A DNA stretch of 63,533 nucleotides, the filler included, from Octopus bimaculoides (taxonomy: Eukaryota): NCBI RefSeq assembly GCF_001194135.2. It is 8 parts of 6 records of this genome, joined end to end, with 100 filler letters (N's around TTAATTAATTAA, not from the genome) between each part and the next. Parts side by side here need not be neighbours in the genome. Positions count along the whole stretch, not along the records: positions 58,684 to 63,533 come from NC_068999.1; 7 more parts are not named here. One strand, 5' to 3'. This document shows positions 62,927-63,533 of the stretch, in pieces. The notes under the pieces are model-generated. The model saw nothing but the letters and a program-made list of their open reading frames with translations. It was not told the origin of the DNA and ran no database searches. Position 1 is the stretch's first letter, and each line of letters starts with the position of its first letter. A program made the position numbers and the translations under genes.

Positions 62927-63533
62927 CTGATATTCATGTCTAACACCCCAGTGGTACTCATATCTCTTTTAGGAGCGATAAGTAGAGTTAAATTTAAACA
63001 AAATAAACTAAGAATCACTGAAGCTGCTGTGTGAACAATCTAAAATACTGTGGCTACACTCAATGTTGTTTGTGGGCCACCCAATCTGGCAGATGCTAGA
63101 ATTACAAGTTCCTGGATCATCTGTTGCTGGTAATTCAGTAACTCTACACTCTGTGGCAACTAAACAGACATGCACAATTAATTAAAACTGAGTTGAATAT
63201 GCCAAACAACATGGCAGTAAGATAGCTGAGTGATAGTATGATCCACTACCAATCAAAAACTTTTTTTGCAAACTGAACAAATAGAAAGTTTTGTGTGTAT
63301 AACAGGTCAGACACCAGTTTTTCTATGTTGGTTGTTTGTTATCACGACAGGTCGTNNNNNNNNNNCTGATATTCATGTCTAACACCCCAGTGGTACTCAT
63401 ATCTCTTTTAGGAGCGATAAGTAGAGTTAAATTTAAACAAAATAAACTAAGAATCACTGAAGCTGCTGTGTGAACAATCTAAAATACTGTGGCTACACTC
63501 AATGTTGTTTGTGGGCCACCCAATCTGGCAGAT
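62927..63533 (+). repeat. Exact ~168-bp duplication across a 10-N gap (62927-63095 / 63366-63533)
   Basis: Identical text on both sides of the gap; probably an unmerged contig overlap. Confidence 0.85.

Noticed and set aside
63366-63533. Exact duplication of 62927-63095
   Set aside because: Complete identity across a 10-N gap indicates an unmerged contig overlap rather than biology.

Overview
AT-rich, repeat-saturated eukaryotic scaffold from a draft assembly. It is most likely an octopod cephalopod (Octopus-like). That is an inference from recognising the SINE and RTE families, not a database result. About 19 N-gaps interrupt it; seven are 100-bp spacers carrying TTAATTAATTAA. I found no intact, nameable host gene, and most ORFs in the supplied track are microsatellite, gap or TE artefacts. 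The best-supported content is mobile DNA: a near full-length decayed RTE-clade LINE (58975-62330) plus several 3' fragments, two tRNA-type SINE families, and mariner, maT/DD37D-like, hAT, PIF/Harbinger-like, piggyBac-like, Helitron/HINE-like, Penelope-like and R4/Dong-type remnants. A CpG-rich promoter/first-exon-like island (16.8-17.6 kb) and scattered GT-AG candidate exons on both strands suggest the window is mostly intronic, but I could not resolve a gene model. The most interesting unexplained structures are inverted repeats: an ~810-bp foldback element with head-to-head telomeric repeats, two pre-miRNA-sized near-perfect hairpins, a tail-to-tail RTE pair and a 140-bp inverted duplication. 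There are also a candidate 6-nt microexon, a candidate recursive splice site and a coding-like island at 29.2-30.3 kb. I cannot claim a novel biological system from sequence alone.
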